A DNA stretch of 64,000 bases, from contig BROI01000033.1 in the NCBI GenBank assembly GCA_027923505.1, positions 1 through 64,000 on the forward strand, given 5' to 3'. The first letter of the stretch is position 1, and each line of letters opens with the position of its first letter. Positions 1-15,113 of the stretch are shown here, one piece after another. The stretch is from Mayamaea pseudoterrestris. Taxonomy: Eukaryota. Under the pieces are notes generated by a model that made no database searches, was not told where the DNA came from, and saw nothing but the letters and a program-made list of their open reading frames with translations. Position numbers and translations under genes: made by a program.

Positions 1-2224
1 TTGGCAATGTATTTGGTGACATCTTGTCACCAGTCTCAGCCCGCAGATGCTGTGACATTCAAACGCCCCTACAGCAAGCCCTGTAGATGCCCAAATTACA
101 CCAGAATGGTGCCAACATCATTTTATCGCCTGCGCTACAAGATAGTAGGCTGGACTGATGTCTGAGGGGATGGCAATGTATTTTTTGGTGACAACTTGTC
201 ACCAGTCTCAGTCGCAGATGCCATGACATGCAAACGCCCCGACAGCAAGCCCTGTAGGTGCCCGAATTACACCAGAATGGTGCCAACATCATTTTTCCGG
301 CTGCGCTACAAGTTGGTTGGCTTGGCTGGTGTCTCAGGGGATGGCATTGTATTTGGTGACAACTTGTCACCAGTCTCAGCCCACAGATGCTGTGACATTT
401 AAGTGCCCCTACAGCAAGCCCTGTAGGTGCCCAAATTACACCAGAATGGTGCCAACATCATTATTCAGGCTGCGCTACAAGATGGTAGGCTTGGCTGGTG
501 TCTCAGGGGATGGCAATGTATTTGGTGACAACTTGTCACCAGTCTCAGCCCGCAGATGCTGTGACATTCAAACGCCCCTACAGCAAGCCCTGTAGGTGCC
601 CAAATTACACCAGAATGGTGCCAACATCATTATTCAGCCTGTGCTACAAGATGGTAGGCTTGGCTTGTGTCTCAGGGGATGGCGATGTATTTGGTGACAA
701 CTTGTCACCAGTCTCAGCCGGCAGATGCCGTGACATTCAAACGCCCCTACAGCAAGCCTTGTAGGTGCCCAAATTACACCAGAATGGTGCCAACATTATT
801 ATTCTGCCTGCGCTACATGATGGTAGGCTTGGCTGGTGTCTCAGGGGATGGCAATGTATTTGGTGACAACTTGTCACCAGTCTCAGCCCGCAGATGCCTT
901 GACATTCAAACGCCCCTACAGCAAGCCCTGTAGATACCCAAATTACACCAGAATGGTGCCAACACCATTATTTAGCCTGCGCTACAAGATGGTAGGCTTG
1001 GCTGGTGTCTCAGGGGATGGCAATGTATTTGGTGACAACTTGTCACCAGTCTCAGCCCGCAGATGCTGTGACATTCAAACGCCCCTACAGCAAGCCCTGT
1101 AGGTGCCCAAATTACACCAGAATGGTGCCAACATCATTCTTCAGGATGCGCTACATGATGGTAGGCTTGGCTGGTGTCTCAGGGGATGGCAATGTATTTG
1201 GTGACAACTTGTCACCAGTCTCAGCCGCAGATGCCATGACATGCAAACGCCCGACAGCAAGCCCTGTAGGTGCCCAAATTACACCAGAATGGTGCCAACA
1301 TCATTATTCCGGCTGCGCTACAAGTTGGTTGGCTTGGCTGGTGTCTCAGGGGATGGCAATGTATTTGGTGACAACTTGTCACCAGTCTCAGCCCGCAGAT
1401 GCTGTGACATTCAAACGCCCCTACAGCAAGCCCTGTAGGTGCCCAAATTACACCAGAATGGTGCCAACATCATTCTTCAGGATGCGCTACATGATGGTAG
1501 GCTTGGCTGGTGTCTCAGGGGATGGCAATGTATTTGGTGACAACTTGTCACCAGTCTCAGCCGCTGCAGACCATGACAAAACCCTAGTGAAGCCCAAATT
1601 ACACCAGAATGGTGCCAACATCATTATTCCGGCTGCGCTACAAGTTGGTTGGCTTGGCTGGTGTCTCAGGGGATGGCAATGTATTTGGTGACAACTTGTC
1701 ACCAGTCTCAGCCGCAGATGCCATGACATGCAAACGCCCCGACAGCAAGCCCTGTAGATACCCAAATTACACCAGAATGGTGCCAACATCATTATTCAGC
1801 CGGTGCTACAAGATGGTAGGCTTGGCGTGTGTCTCAGGGGATGGCGATGTATTTGGTGACAACTTGTCACCAGTCTCAGCCGGCAGATGCCGTGACATTC
1901 AAACGCCCCTACAGCAAGCCCTGTAGGTGCCCAAATTACACCAGAATGGTGCCAACATCATTATTCTGCCTGCGCTACATGATAGTAGGCTTGGCTGGTG
2001 TCTCAGGGGATGGCAATGTATTTGGTGACAACTTGTCACCAGTCTCTGCCCACAGATGCTGTGACAATCAGACGCCCCTACAGCAAGCCCTGTAGGTGCC
2101 CAAATTACACCAGAATGGTGCCAACATCAATATTCATGCTGAGCTACAAGATGGTAGGCTTGGCTGGTGTCTCAGGGGATGGCAATGTATTTGGTGACAA
2201 CTTGTCACCAGTCTCAGCCCGCAG
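1..2224. repeat. Satellite A array, block 1 (169-bp monomer, ~13 copies, starts before the window)
   Basis: Consensus ggcaatgtatttggtgacaacttgtcaccagtctcagcccgcagatgccgtgacattcaaacgcccctacagcaagccctgtaggtgcccaaattacaccagaatggtgccaacatcattattcaggctgcgctacaagatggtaggcttggctggtgtctcaggggat (169 nt, 88 G+C). Spurious ORFs recur every 169 bp. Confidence 0.98.
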
Positions 2225-3493
2225 CAGCCACCACCCAACACAACCCAACCCCAGTCATTTCCTGGAGGGTTTGAGGGTGTACCATTAAATGGATTGCACA
2301 TCTTACATCCTTTATGCTTGCCTAATAACTGAAGAGACTCATATCAAAGCTGGCTGGCCCATGGGCATGGCTATTGAGAGTAAACACTGAAACCTATGTG
2401 GTCCACCAGCCACCAGCCACCATCCACCTCAACCCAACCCCGGTCATTTTCCTTGAGGGTTTGGAGGTACACCATTGAATGGATTGCACATCCTACATCC
2501 TGTATGCATGTCTAATTACCGCAGAGACTCATATTGAAGCTGGCTGGCCCATGGGTATGGCTATTGAGTGTAAACAATGAAAACCATGTGGTCAACCAGC
2601 CACCATCAACTCAACCCAACCAAGGTCAATTCCCTGGAGGGTTTGAGGGTGTGCCATTGAATGGATTGCACATCCTACATCCTTAATGCTTGCCTAATAT
2701 CCGCAGAGACTCATATTGAAGCTGGCTGGCCCATGGGTATGGCTATTGAGTGAAACACTGAAACCTATGTGGTCCACCAGCCACCATCCAACACAACCCA
2801 ACCCCGGTCAATTCCCTGGAGGGTTTGAGGGTGTACCATTGGATGGATTGCACATCCTACATCCTTCATGCATACCTAAATAATCGCAGAGACTCATATT
2901 GAAGCTGGCTGGCCCATGGGTATGGCTATTGAGTGTAAACACTGAAAATTATGTGGTCCACCAGCCACCATAAACTCAACCCAACCCCGATCAATTCCCT
3001 GGAGGGTTGGAGGGTGCACCATTGAATGGATTGCACATTTAACATCCGTTATGCTTGCCTAATAACCGCAGAGACTCATATTAAAGCTGGCTGGCCCATG
3101 GGTATGGCTATTGAGTGTAAACACTGAAACCTATGTGGTCGACCAGCCACCATCCAACTCAACCCAACCCCGGTCAATTCCCTGGAGGGTTTGAGGGTGT
3201 ACCATTTAATGAATTGCACATGATACATCCGTTATACATGCCTAATAACCGCAGAGACTCATGTTGAAGCTGGCTGGCCCATGGGTATGGCTATTGAGTG
3301 TAAACACTGAAAATTATGTGGTATGGCCACCATCCAACTCAACCCAACCCCGATCAATTCCCTGGAGGGTTGGAGGGTGCACCATTGAATGGATTGCACA
3401 TTTAACATCCGTTATGCTTGCCTAATAACCGCAGAGACTCATATTGAAGCTGGCTGGTCCATGGGTATGGCTATTGAGTATAAACACTGAAAC
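2225..3493. repeat. Satellite B array, block 1 (182-183-bp monomer, 7 copies)
   Basis: Unit cagccaccatccaactcaacccaaccccggtcattttcctggagggtttgagggtgtaccattgaatggattgcacatcctacatcc...gctggcccatgggcatggctattgagtgtaaacactgaaacctatgtggtccac. The ggattgcac motif recurs at 2481, 2663, 2845 and 3028. Confidence 0.97.
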
Positions 3494-6400
3494 CTTGTCG
3501 CCAGTCTCAGCCGGCAGATGCCGTGACATTCAAACGCCCCTACAGCAAGCCTTTTAGATGCCCAAATTCCACCAGAATGGTGCCAACATCATTATTCAGG
3601 CTGCGCTACAAGATGGTAGGCTTAGCAGCTGTCTCATTGGATGGCAATGTATTTGGTGACAAGTTGTCACCAGTCTCAGCCCACAGTTGCCTTGACATTC
3701 AAACGCCCCTACAGCTAGCCCTGTAGGTGCCCAAATTACACCAGAATGGTGCCAACATCATTATTCAGGCTGCGCTACAAGATGGTAGGCTTGGCTGGTA
3801 TCTCAGGGGATGGCAATGTATTTGGTGACAACTTGTCACCAGTCTCAGCCGCAGATGCTGTGACATGCAAACACCCATACAGCAAGCCCTGTAGGTGCCC
3901 AAATTACACCAGAATGGTGCCAACATCATTATTCCGGCTGCGCTACAAGATGGTAGGCTGCTGGTGTCTCGGGGATGGCAATGTATTTGGTGACAGCTTG
4001 TCACCAGTCTCAGCCAAGATTTTTGTGACATTTAAATGCCCCTGCAGAAAGCCCTGTCGTACCCAAATTACACAATGGTGCCAACATCATTATTCAGGCT
4101 GCTACAAGATGGAGGCCTGGCGGTGTCTCAGGATGGCAATGTATTTGAGTGACAACTTGTCACCAGTCTCAGCCGGAGATGCCGTGACATTCAAACGCCC
4201 CTACAGCAAGCCCTGCTTAGGTGCCCAGATTACACCAGAATGGATTGCCAACATCATTATTCAAGATGCGCTACAAGATGGTAGGCTTGGCTGGTGTCTC
4301 AGGGGATGGCAATGTATTTGGTGACAACTTGTCACCAGTCTCAGCGACAGATGCGTACATTCAAACGCCACAGCAAGCCCTGTAGATACCCAAATTACAC
4401 CAGAATGGTGCCAACATCTTCTCTCGCTACATTGGTAGGCTTGGCTGGTGTCTCGGGAGATAACAGTAATATTTGGTGACAACTTGTCGCAGTCTCATCC
4501 CAAGATTTTGTGACATTTAAATGCCCCTAAAGCCCTGTTGATACCCAAATTACACCAGAATGGTGCCAGCATCATTATTCGAACAGCGCTGCAAGATGGT
4601 AGGCTTGGCTGGTGTCTCAGGGATGGCAATGTATTTGGTGACAACTTGTCCAGTCTCTTGACAGATGCCATGACATTCAAACGCCCCTACAGCAAGCCCT
4701 GTAGGTGCCCAAATTACACCAGAATGGGCAACATTCTTCTCCGATATAAGATGGTAGGCTTGGCTGGTGTCTCAGGGGATGGCAATGTATTTGGTGACAA
4801 CTTGTCACCAGTCTCAGCCCAAAGATGCCATGACATTTAAACGCCCCTACAGCAAGCCCTGTAGGTGCCCAAATTACACCAGAATGGTGCCAACATCATT
4901 ATTCAGGCTGCGCTACAAGTTGGTAGGCTTGGCTGGTGTCTCAGGGGATGGCAATGTTTTTGGTGACAACTTGTCACCAGTCTCAGCCCACAGATGCCGT
5001 GACATTCAAACGCCCCTACAGCAAGCCCTGTAGGTGCCCAACTTACACCAGAATGAGCCAAACATCAATATTCATGCTACACTACAAGATGGTAGGCTTG
5101 GCTGGTGACTGAGGGCATGGCAATGTTTTTGGTGATAACTTGTCACCAGTCTCAGCCCGCAGATGCCATGACATTCAGACGCCCCTACAGCACGCCCTGT
5201 AGGTGCCCAAAATACACCAGAATGGTGCCAACATCATTTTTCAGGCTGCGCTACACGTTGGTAGGCTTAGTGGGTGTCTCAGGGGATGGCAATGTATTTG
5301 GTGACAACTTGTCACCAGTCTCAGCCCGCCAATGCCATGACATTCAAACGCCCCTACAGCAGGCCCTGTAGGCGCCCAAATTACACCAGAATGGTGCAAA
5401 CATCTTTATTCCGGATGCGCTACAAAATGGTAGGCTTGGCTGGTGTCTCAGGGGATGGCAATGTATTCAGTGACAACTTGTCTCCAGTCTCAGCCCACAG
5501 ATGCCGTGACATACAAACGTTCCTACAGCAAGCCCTGTAGGTGCCCAACTTACACCAGAATGAGCCAAACATCAATATTCATGCTACACTACAAGATGGT
5601 AGGCTTGGCTGGTGACTGAGGGCATGGCAATGTTTTTGGTGATAACTTGTCACCAGTCTCAGCCCGCAAATGCCATGACATTCAGACGCCCCTACAGCAC
5701 GCCCTGTAGGTGCCCAAAATACACCAGAATGGTGCCAACATCATTTTTCAGGCTGCGCTACACGTTGGTAGGCTTAGTGGGTGTCTCAGGGGATGGTAAT
5801 GTATTTGGTGACAACTTGTCACCAGTCTCAGCCCGCCAATGCCATGACATTCAAACGCCCCTACAGCAGGCCCTGTAGGCGCCCAAATTACACCAGAATG
5901 GTGCCAACATCTTTATTCCGGATGCGCTACAAAATGGTAGGCTTGGCTGGTGTCTCAGGGGATGGCAATGTATTCAGTGACAACTTGTCTCCAGTCTCAG
6001 CCCACAGATGCCGTGACATACAAACGTTCCTACAGCAAGCCCTGTAGGTGCCCAAATTACTCCAGATTGGTGCACAAAATCATTTTTAAGGGTTCGCTAC
6101 AAGATGGAAGGCTTGGCTGGTGTCTCAGGGGATGGCAACGTATTTGGTGACAACTTGTCACCAGTATCATCCTGCAGATGCCATGACATTCAAACGCCCC
6201 TACAGCAAGCCCTGTAGGTGCCCAACTTACACCAGAATTGTGCCAACATCATTATTCAGGCTGCGCTTCAAGATGAAAGGCTTGGCTGGTGTCTCAGGGG
6301 ATGGCAATGTATTTGGTGACAACTTGTCACCAGTCTCAGCCCGCAGATGCCATGACATTCAAACGCCCCTACAGCAGGCCCTGTAGGTGCCCAAATTTCA

Positions 6401-7363
6401 CCAGAATGGTGCCAACATCATTATTCAGGCTTAGCAACAAGATAGTAGGCTTGGCTGGTGTCTCAGGGGATGGCAATGTATTTGGTGACAACTTGTCACC
6501 AGTCTCAGCCCACAGATGCCGTGACATTCAAACGCCCCTATAAAATGCCCTCTAGGTGCCCAAATTACACCAGAATGGTGCCAACATCAACACTCTGGCT
6601 GCGCGACAAGATGGTAAACTTGGCTGGTGTCTCAGGGGATGGCAATGTATTTGGTGACAACTTGTCACCAGTCTCAGCCCACAGATGCAGTGACATTTAA
6701 ATGCACCTACAACAAGCCCTGTTGGAGCCCAAATTACACCAGAATGGTGCCAACATCATTATTCAGGCTGCGCTACAAGTTGGTAGGCTTAGTAAGTGTC
6801 TCAGGGGATGGCAATGTATTTGGTGACAACTTGTCACCAGTCTCAGCCCGCAGATGCCATGACATTCAAAAGTTCCTACAGCAAGCCCTGTAGGTGCCCA
6901 AATTACACCAGAATGGTGCCAACATCATTATTCCGTCTGCGCTACAAGATGGTAGGCTTGGCTGGTGTCTCAGGGGATGACAATGTATTTGGTGACAACT
7001 TGTCACCAGTCTCAGCCCGCAGATGCCGTGACATTCAAACGCCCCTACAGCAAGCCCTGTAGGTGCCCAACTTACACCAGAATGGTGCCAACATCATTAT
7101 TCAGCCTGCGCTACAAGATGGTAGGCTTGGCTGGTGTCTCAGGGGATAGCAATGTATTTGGTGACAACTTGTCACCAGTCTCAGCATAACACAGATGCCG
7201 TGACATTCAAACGCCCCTACAGCAAGCCCTGTAGATGCCCAAATTCCACCAGAATGGTGCCAACATCTTTATTCCGGATGCGGTACAAGATGGCAGGCTT
7301 GGCTGGTGTCTCAGGGGATGGCAATGTATTTGGTGACAACTTGTCACCAGTCTCAGCCGGCAG
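3494..7363. repeat. Satellite A array, block 2 (~23 monomers; indel-rich 3950-4750)
   Basis: Same 169-bp unit. Contains a 507-bp (3-mer) tandem duplication around 5033-6047. Confidence 0.97.
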
Positions 7364-9192
7364 CAGCCACCACCCAACACAACCCAACCCCGGTCATTTT
7401 CCTGGAGGATTTAAGGGTGTACCATTAAATGGATTGCACATCTTACATCCTTTGTACTTGCCTAATAACCGCAGAGTCTCATAATGAAGCTGGCTGGCCC
7501 ATGGGCATGGCTATTGAGAGTAAACACTGAAACCTATGTGGTCCACCAGCCACCAGCCACCATCCACCTCAACCCAACCCCGGTCATTTTCCTGGAGGGT
7601 TTGGAGGTACACCATTAAATGGATTGCACATCCTACATCCTTCATGCATACCTTATAACCGCAGAGACTCATATTGAAGCTGGCTGGCCCATGGGCATGG
7701 CTATTGAGTGTAAACACTGATACCTATGTGGTCCACCAGCCACCATCCAACTCAACCCAACCCCTGTCATTTTCCTGGAGGGTTTAAAGGTACACCATTG
7801 AATGGATTGCACATCCTACCTCCTTAATGCTTGCCTAATAACTGCAGAGACTCATATTGAAGCTGGCTGGACCATGGGCATGGCTATTGAGTGTAAACAC
7901 TGATACCTATGTGGTCCACCAGCCACCATCCAACTCAACCCAACCCCTGTCATTTTCCTGGAGGGTTTAAAGTACACTGTTGAATGGATTGCACATCATA
8001 CATCCTTTATGCATGCCTAATAACTGCAGAGACTCATATTGAAGCTGGCTGGCCCATGGGCATGGCTATTGAGTGTAAACACTGAAACCTATGTGGTCCA
8101 CCAGCCACCATCCAACTCAACCCAACCCCGGTCATTTTCCTGGAGGGTTTAAAGGTACACCATTGAATGGATTGCACATCCTACATCCTTTATGCTTGCC
8201 TGATAACTGCAGAGACTCATATCAATGCTGGCTGGCCCATGGGCATGGCTATTGACAGTGAGTGTAGAAACTGAAAACCATTTGGTTCATCAGCCACCAT
8301 CCAAATCAACCCAACCCCGGTCATTTTCCCGGAGAATTTGGAGGTACACCATTGAATGGATTGCACATCCTACATCTGTTAAGCATGCCTAATAACCGCA
8401 GAGACTTATATTGATGCTGGCTGGCCCATGGGCATGGCTATTGAGTGTGAACACTTAAACCTATGTGGTCCACCAGCCACCATCCAACTTAACCCAACCC
8501 CGGTCAATTCCCTGGAGGGTTTGAGGGTGCACCATTGAATGGATTGCACATCCTACATCCGGTATACATGCCTAATAACCGCAGAGACTCATATTGAAGC
8601 TGGCTGGCCCATGGGCATGGCTATTGAGTGTAAACACTGAAACCTATGTGGTCCACCAGCCACCATAAACTCAACCCAACCCCAGTCAATTCCCTTGAGG
8701 GTTTGAGGCTGTACCATTGAATGGATTGCACATCCTACATCCTTTATGAATGCCTAATAACTGCAGAGACTCATATTGAAGCTGGCTGGCCCATGGGCAT
8801 GGCTATTGAGTGTAAACACTGAAACCTATGTGGTCCACCAGCCACCATCCAACTCAACCCAACCCCGGTCATTTTCCTGGAGGGTTTAAAGGTACACCAT
8901 TGAATGGATTGCACATCCTACATCCGTTATATATGCAAAATAACCGCAGAGACTCATATAGAAGCTGGCTGGCCCATGGGTATGGCTATTGAGTGTAAAC
9001 ATTGAAAACCATGAGGTCGACCAGCCACCATCCAACTCAACCCAACCCCGGTCATTTCCCTGGAGGGTTTGAGGGTGCACCATTAAATGGGATTGCACAT
9101 CCTACATCCTGTATACATGCCTAATAACCGCAGAGACTCATATTGAAGCTGGCTGGCCCATGGGCATGGCTATTGAGTGTAAACACTGAAAC
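7364..9192. repeat. Satellite B array, block 2 (10 copies)
   Basis: 183-bp period (tggctgg at 7681 and 7864; 8783 and 8966). Confidence 0.97.
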
Positions 9193-12100
9193 CTTGTCGC
9201 CAGTCTCAGCCCGCAGATGCTGTGACATTCAAATGCCCCTACAGCAAGCCTTGTTGATGCCCAAATTCCACCAGAATGGTGCCAACATCATTATTCAGCC
9301 TGCGCTACATGATGGTAGGCTTGGCTGGTGTCTCAGGGGATGGCAATGTATTTGGTGACAACTTGTCACCAGTCTCAGCCCACAGATGCCGTGACATTCA
9401 AACGCCCCTACAGCAAGCCCTGTAGGTGCCCAAATTACACCAGAATGGTGCCAACATCATTATTCAGGCTGCGATACAAGTTGGTAGGCTTAGTAAGTGT
9501 CTCAGGGGATGGCAATGTATTTGGTGACAACTGGTCACCAGTCTCAGCCCTCTGATGCCGTGACATTCAAACGCCCCTACAGCAAGCCCTGTAGGTGCCC
9601 AAATTACACCAGAATGGTGCCAACATCATTATTCAGGCTGCGCTACAAGATGGTAGGCTTGGCTGGTGTCTCAGGGGATGGCAATGTATTTGGTGACAAC
9701 TTGTCACCAGTCTCAGCCCGCAGATGCCGTGACATTCAAACGCCCCTACAGCCAGCCCTGTAGGTGCCCAAAATACATTAGAATGGTGCCAACAACATTA
9801 TTCAGGCTGCGCTACATGATGGTAGGCTTGGCTGGTGTCTCAGGGGATGGCAATGTATTTGGTGACAACTTGTCACCAGTCTCAGCCCACAGATGCCGTG
9901 ACATTCAAACGCCCCTACAGCAAGCCCTGTAGGTGCCCAAAATACACCAGAATGGTGCCAACAACATTATTCAGGATGCGCTACATGATGGTAGGCTTGG
10001 CTGGTGTCTCAGGGGATGGCAATGTATTTGGTGACAACTTGTCACCAGTCTCAGCCCGCAGATGCCTTGACATTCAAACGCCCCTACAGCAAGCCCTGTA
10101 GGTGCCCAAATTACACCAGAATGGTGCCAACATCATTATTCAGGCTGCGCTACAAGTGGGTAGGCTTGGCTGGTGTCTCAGGGGATGGCAATGTATTTGG
10201 TGACAACTTGTCACCAGTCTCAGCCCGCAGATGCCGTGACATTCAAACGCCCCTACAGCAAGCCCTGTAGATACCCAAATTACACCAGAATGGTGCCAAC
10301 ATCATAATTTAGCCTGCGCTACAAGATGGTAGGCTTGGCTGGTGTCTCAGGGGATGGCAATGTATTTGGTGACAACTTGTCACCAGTCTCAGCCCGCAGA
10401 TGCCGTGACATTCAAACGCCCCTACAGCAAGCCCTGTAGGTGCCCAAATTACACCAGAATGGTGCCAACATCATTCTTCAGGATGCGCTACAAGATGGTA
10501 GGCTTGGCTGGTGTCTCAGGGGATGGCAATGTATTTGGTGACAACTTGTCACCAGTCTCAGCCCACAGATGCCGTGACATTCAAACGCCCCTACAGCAAG
10601 CCCTGTAGGTGCCCAAGTTACTGCTGCCAACATCATTATTCAGGCTGCGATGCAAGTTGGTAGGCTTAGTAAGTGTCTCAGGGGATGGCAATGTATTTGG
10701 TGACAACTTGTCACCAGTCTCAGCCCGCAGATGCCTTGACATTCAAACGCCCCTACAGCAAGCCCTGTAGATACCCAAATTACACCAGAATGGTGCCAAC
10801 ATCATTATTCAGCCTGCGCTACATGATGGTAGGCTTGGCTGGTGTCTCAGGGGATGGCAATGTATTTGGTGACAACTTGTCACCAGTCTCAGCCCGCAGA
10901 TGCTGTGACATTCAAACGCCCCTACAGCAAGCCCTGTAGGTGCCCAAATTACACCAGAATGGTGCCAACATCATTATTCAGGATGCGCTACAAGATGGTA
11001 GGCTTGGCTGGTGTCTCAGGGGATGGCAATGTATTTGGTGACAACTTGTCACCAGTCTCAGCCCACAGATGCCGTGACATTCAAACGCCCCTACAGCAAG
11101 CCCTGTAGGTGCCCAAATTACACCAGAATGGTGCCGACATCATTATTCCGCCTGCGCTACATGATGGTAGGCTTGGCTGGTGTCTCAGGGGATGGCAATG
11201 TATTTGGTGACAACTTGTCACCAGTCTCAGCCCGCAGATGCCGTGACATTCAAACGCCCCTACAGCAAGCCCTGTAGGTGCCCAAATTACACCAGAATGG
11301 TGCCAACATCATTATTCAGGCTGCGCTACAAGATGGTAGGCTTGGCTGGTGTCTCAGGGGATGGCAATGTATTTGGTGACAACTTGTCACCAGTCTCAGC
11401 CCGCAGATGCTGTGACATTCAAACGCCCCTACAGCAAGCCCTGTAGGTGCCCAAATTACACCAGAATGGTGCCAACATCATTATTCAGGCTGCGCTACAA
11501 GATGGTAGGCTTGACTGGTGTCTCAGGGGATGGCAATGTATTTGGTGACAACTTGTCACCAGTCTCAGCCCGCAGATGCCGTGACATTCAAACGCCCCTA
11601 CAGCAAGCCCTGTAGGTGCCCAAATTACACCAGAATGGTGCCAACATCATTATTCAGGATGCGCTACATGATGGTAGGCTTGGCTGGTGTCTCAGGGGAT
11701 GGCAATGTATTTGGTGACAACTTGTCACCAGTCTCAGCCCGCAGATGCCGTGACATTCAAACGCCCCTACAGCAAGCCCTGTAGATACCCAAATTACACC
11801 AGAATGGTGCCAACATCATTATTCAGGCTGCGCTACAAGATGGTAGGCTTGGCTGGTGTCTCAGGGGATGGCAATGTATTTGGTGACAACTTGTCACCAG
11901 TCTCAGCCCGCAGATGCCTTGACATTCAAACGCCCCTACAGCAAGCCCTGTAGATGCCCAAATTACACCAGAATGGTGCCAACATCATTATTCAGGCTGC
12001 GCTACAAGATGGTAGGCTTGGCTGGTGTCTCAGGGGATGGCAATGTATTTGGTGACAACTTGTCACCAGTCTCAGCCCGCAGATGCTGTGACATTCAAAC

Positions 12101-15100
12101 GCCCCTACAGCAAGCCCTGTAGGTGCCCAAATTACACCAGAATGGTGCCAACATCATTATTCAGGCTGCGCTACAAGTTGGTAGGCTTGGCTGGTGTCTC
12201 AGGGGATGGCAATGTATTTGGTGACAACTTGTCCCCAGTCTCAGCCCACAGATGCCGTGACATTCAAACGCCCCTACAGCAAGCCCTGTAGGTGCCCAAA
12301 TTACACCAGAATGGTGCCGACATCATTATTCCGCCTGCGCTACATGATGGTAGGCTTGGCTGGTGTCTCAGGGGATGGCAATGTATTTGGTGACAACTTG
12401 TCACCAGTCTCAGCCCGCAGATGCCTTGACATTCAAACGCCCCTACAGAAAGCCCTGTCGATACCCAAATTACACCAGAATGGTGCCAACATCATTATTC
12501 AGCCTGCGCTACAAGATGGTAGGCTTGGCTGGTGTCTCAGGGGATGGCAATGTATTTGGTGACAACTTGTCACCAGTCTCAGCCCGCAGATGCCGTGACA
12601 TTCAAACGCCCCTACAGCAAGCCCTGTAGGTGCCCAAATTACACCAGAATGGTGCCAACATCATTATTCAGGATGCGCTACAAGATGGTAGGCTTGGCTG
12701 GTGTCTCAGGGGATGGCAATGTATTTGGTGACAACTTGTCACCAGTCTCTGCCCACAGATGCTGTGACAATCAAACGCCCCTACAGCAAGCCCTGTAGGT
12801 GCCCAAATTACACCAGAATGGTGCCAACATCATTATTCAGGCTGCGCTACAAGTGGGTAGGCTTAGTAACTGTCTCAGGGGATGGCAATGTATTTGGTGA
12901 CAACTTGTCACCAGTCTCAGCCCACAGATGCCGTGACATTCAAACGCCCCTACAGCAAGCCCTGTAGATACCCAAATTACACCAGAATGGTGCCAACATC
13001 ATTATTCAGCCTGTGCTACAAGATGGTAGGCTTGGCTTGTGTCTCAGGGGGTGGCGATGTATTTGGTGACAACTTGTCACCAGTCTCAGCCCACAGATGC
13101 CGTGACATTCAAACGCCCCTACAGCAAGCCCTGTAGATACCCAAATTACACCAGAATGGTGCCAACATCATTATTCAGCCTGCGCTACAAGATGGTAGGC
13201 TTGGCTGGTGTCTCAGGGGATGGCAATGTATTTGGTGACAACTTGTCACCAGTCTCAGCCCGCAGATTTTGTGACATTTAAATGCCCCTACAGCAAGCCC
13301 TGTAGATGCCCAAATTACACCAGAATGGTGCCAACATCATTATTCCGGCTGCGCTACAAGATGGTAGGCTTGGCTGGTGTCTCAGGGGATGGCAATGTAT
13401 TTGGTGACAACTTGTCACCAGTCTCAGCCCGCAGATGCCGTGACATTCAAACGCCCCTACAGCAAGCCCTGTAGGTGCCCAAATTACACCAGAATGGTGC
13501 CAACATCATTATTCAGGCTGCGCTACAAGATGGTAGGCTTGGCTGGTGTCTCAGGGGATGGCAATGTATTTGGTGACAACTTGTCACCAGTCTCAGCCCG
13601 CAGATGCCGTGACATTCAAACGCCCCTACAGCAAGCCCTGTAGGTGCCCAAATTACACCAGAATGGTGCCAACATCATTATTCAGGCTGCGCTACAAGAT
13701 GGTAGGCTTGGCTGGTGTCTCAGGGGATGGCAATGTATTTGGTGACAACTTGTCACCAGTCTCAGCCCGCAGATGCTGTGACATTCAAACGCCCCTACAG
13801 CAAGCCCTGTAGGTGCCCAAATTACACCAGAATGGTGCCAACATCATTATTCAGGCTGCGCTACATGATGGTAGGCTTGGCTGGTGTCTCAGGGGATGGC
13901 AATGTATTTGGTGACAACTTGTCACCAGTCTCTCAGCCCGCAAGCTACATTCAAACGCCCCTACAGAAAGCCCTGTCGATACCCAAATTACAACAGAATG
14001 GTGCCAACATCATCATTCAGCCTGCGCTACAAGATGGTAGGCTTGGCTGGTGTCTCAGGGGATGGCAATGTATTTGGTGTCACCAGTCTCAGCCGGCAGA
14101 TGCCGTGACATTCAAACGCCCCTACAGCAAGCCCTGTAGATACCCAAATTACACCAGAATGGTGCCAACATCATTATTCTGCCTGCGCTACATGATGGTA
14201 GGCTTGGCTGGTGTCTCAGGGGATGGCAATGTATTTGGTGACAACTTGTCACCAGTCTCAGCCCACAGATTTTGTGACATTTAAATGCCCCTACAGAAAG
14301 CCCTGTCGATACCCAAATTACACCAGAATGGTGCCAACATCATTATTCAGGCTGCGCTACAAGATGGTAGGCTTGGCTGGTGTCTCAGGGGATGGCAATG
14401 TATTTGGTGACAACTTGTCACCAGTCTCAGCCCGCAGATGCCGTGACATTCAAACGCCCCTACAGCAAGCCCTGTAGGTGCCCAAATTACACCAGAATGA
14501 GCCAAACATCAATATTCATGCTGCGCTACGAGATGGTAGGCTTGGCTTGTGTCTCAGGGGATGGCGATGTATTTGGTGACAACTTGTCACCAGTCTCAGC
14601 CGGCAGATGCCGTGACATTCAAACGCCCCTACAGCAAGCCCTGTAGATACCCAAATTACACCAGAATGGTGCCAATATCATTATTCCGCCTGCGCTACAA
14701 GATGGTAGGCTTGGCTGGTGTCTCAGGGGATGGCGATGTATTTGGTGACAACTTGTCACCAGTCTCAGCCGGCAGATGCCGTGACATTCAAACGCCCCTA
14801 CAGCAAGCCCTGTAGGTGCCCAAATTACACCAGAATGGTGCCAACATCATTATTCTGCCTGCGCTACATGATGGTAGGCTTGGCTGGTGTCTCAGGGGAT
14901 GGCAATGTATTTGGTGACAACTTGTCACCAGTCTCAGCCCACAGATGCCGTGACATTCAAACGCCCCAACAGCAAGCCCTGTAGGTGCCCAAATTACACC
15001 AGAATGGTGCCAACATCATTATTCAGGCTGCGCTACAAGATGGTAGGCTTGGCTGGTGTCTCAGGGGATGGCAATGTATTTGGTGACAACTTGTCACCAG

Positions 15101-15113
15101 TCTCAGCCCGCAG
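9193..15113. repeat. Satellite A array, block 3 (~35 highly homogeneous monomers)
   Basis: Nearly uninterrupted 169-bp period. Confidence 0.98.

Noticed and set aside
2201..3517. B block as an insertion with a 24-bp target-site duplication (cttgtcaccagtctcagcccgcag)
   Set aside because: Better explained by in-register switching between homologous A and B units. The third block has a different right junction.
3950..4750. Distinct diverged satellite subfamily
   Set aside because: Dense 1-2-nt indels in homopolymers look like low-coverage long-read error.
12400..12562. Ankyrin-like words in one frame of satellite A (DIQTPLQQAL*VPKLHQNGANII)
   Set aside because: Spacing is about 6 residues too short for an ankyrin repeat, most monomers have a stop in the middle, and the unit length breaks frame. 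Probably chance; an HMM search would settle it.
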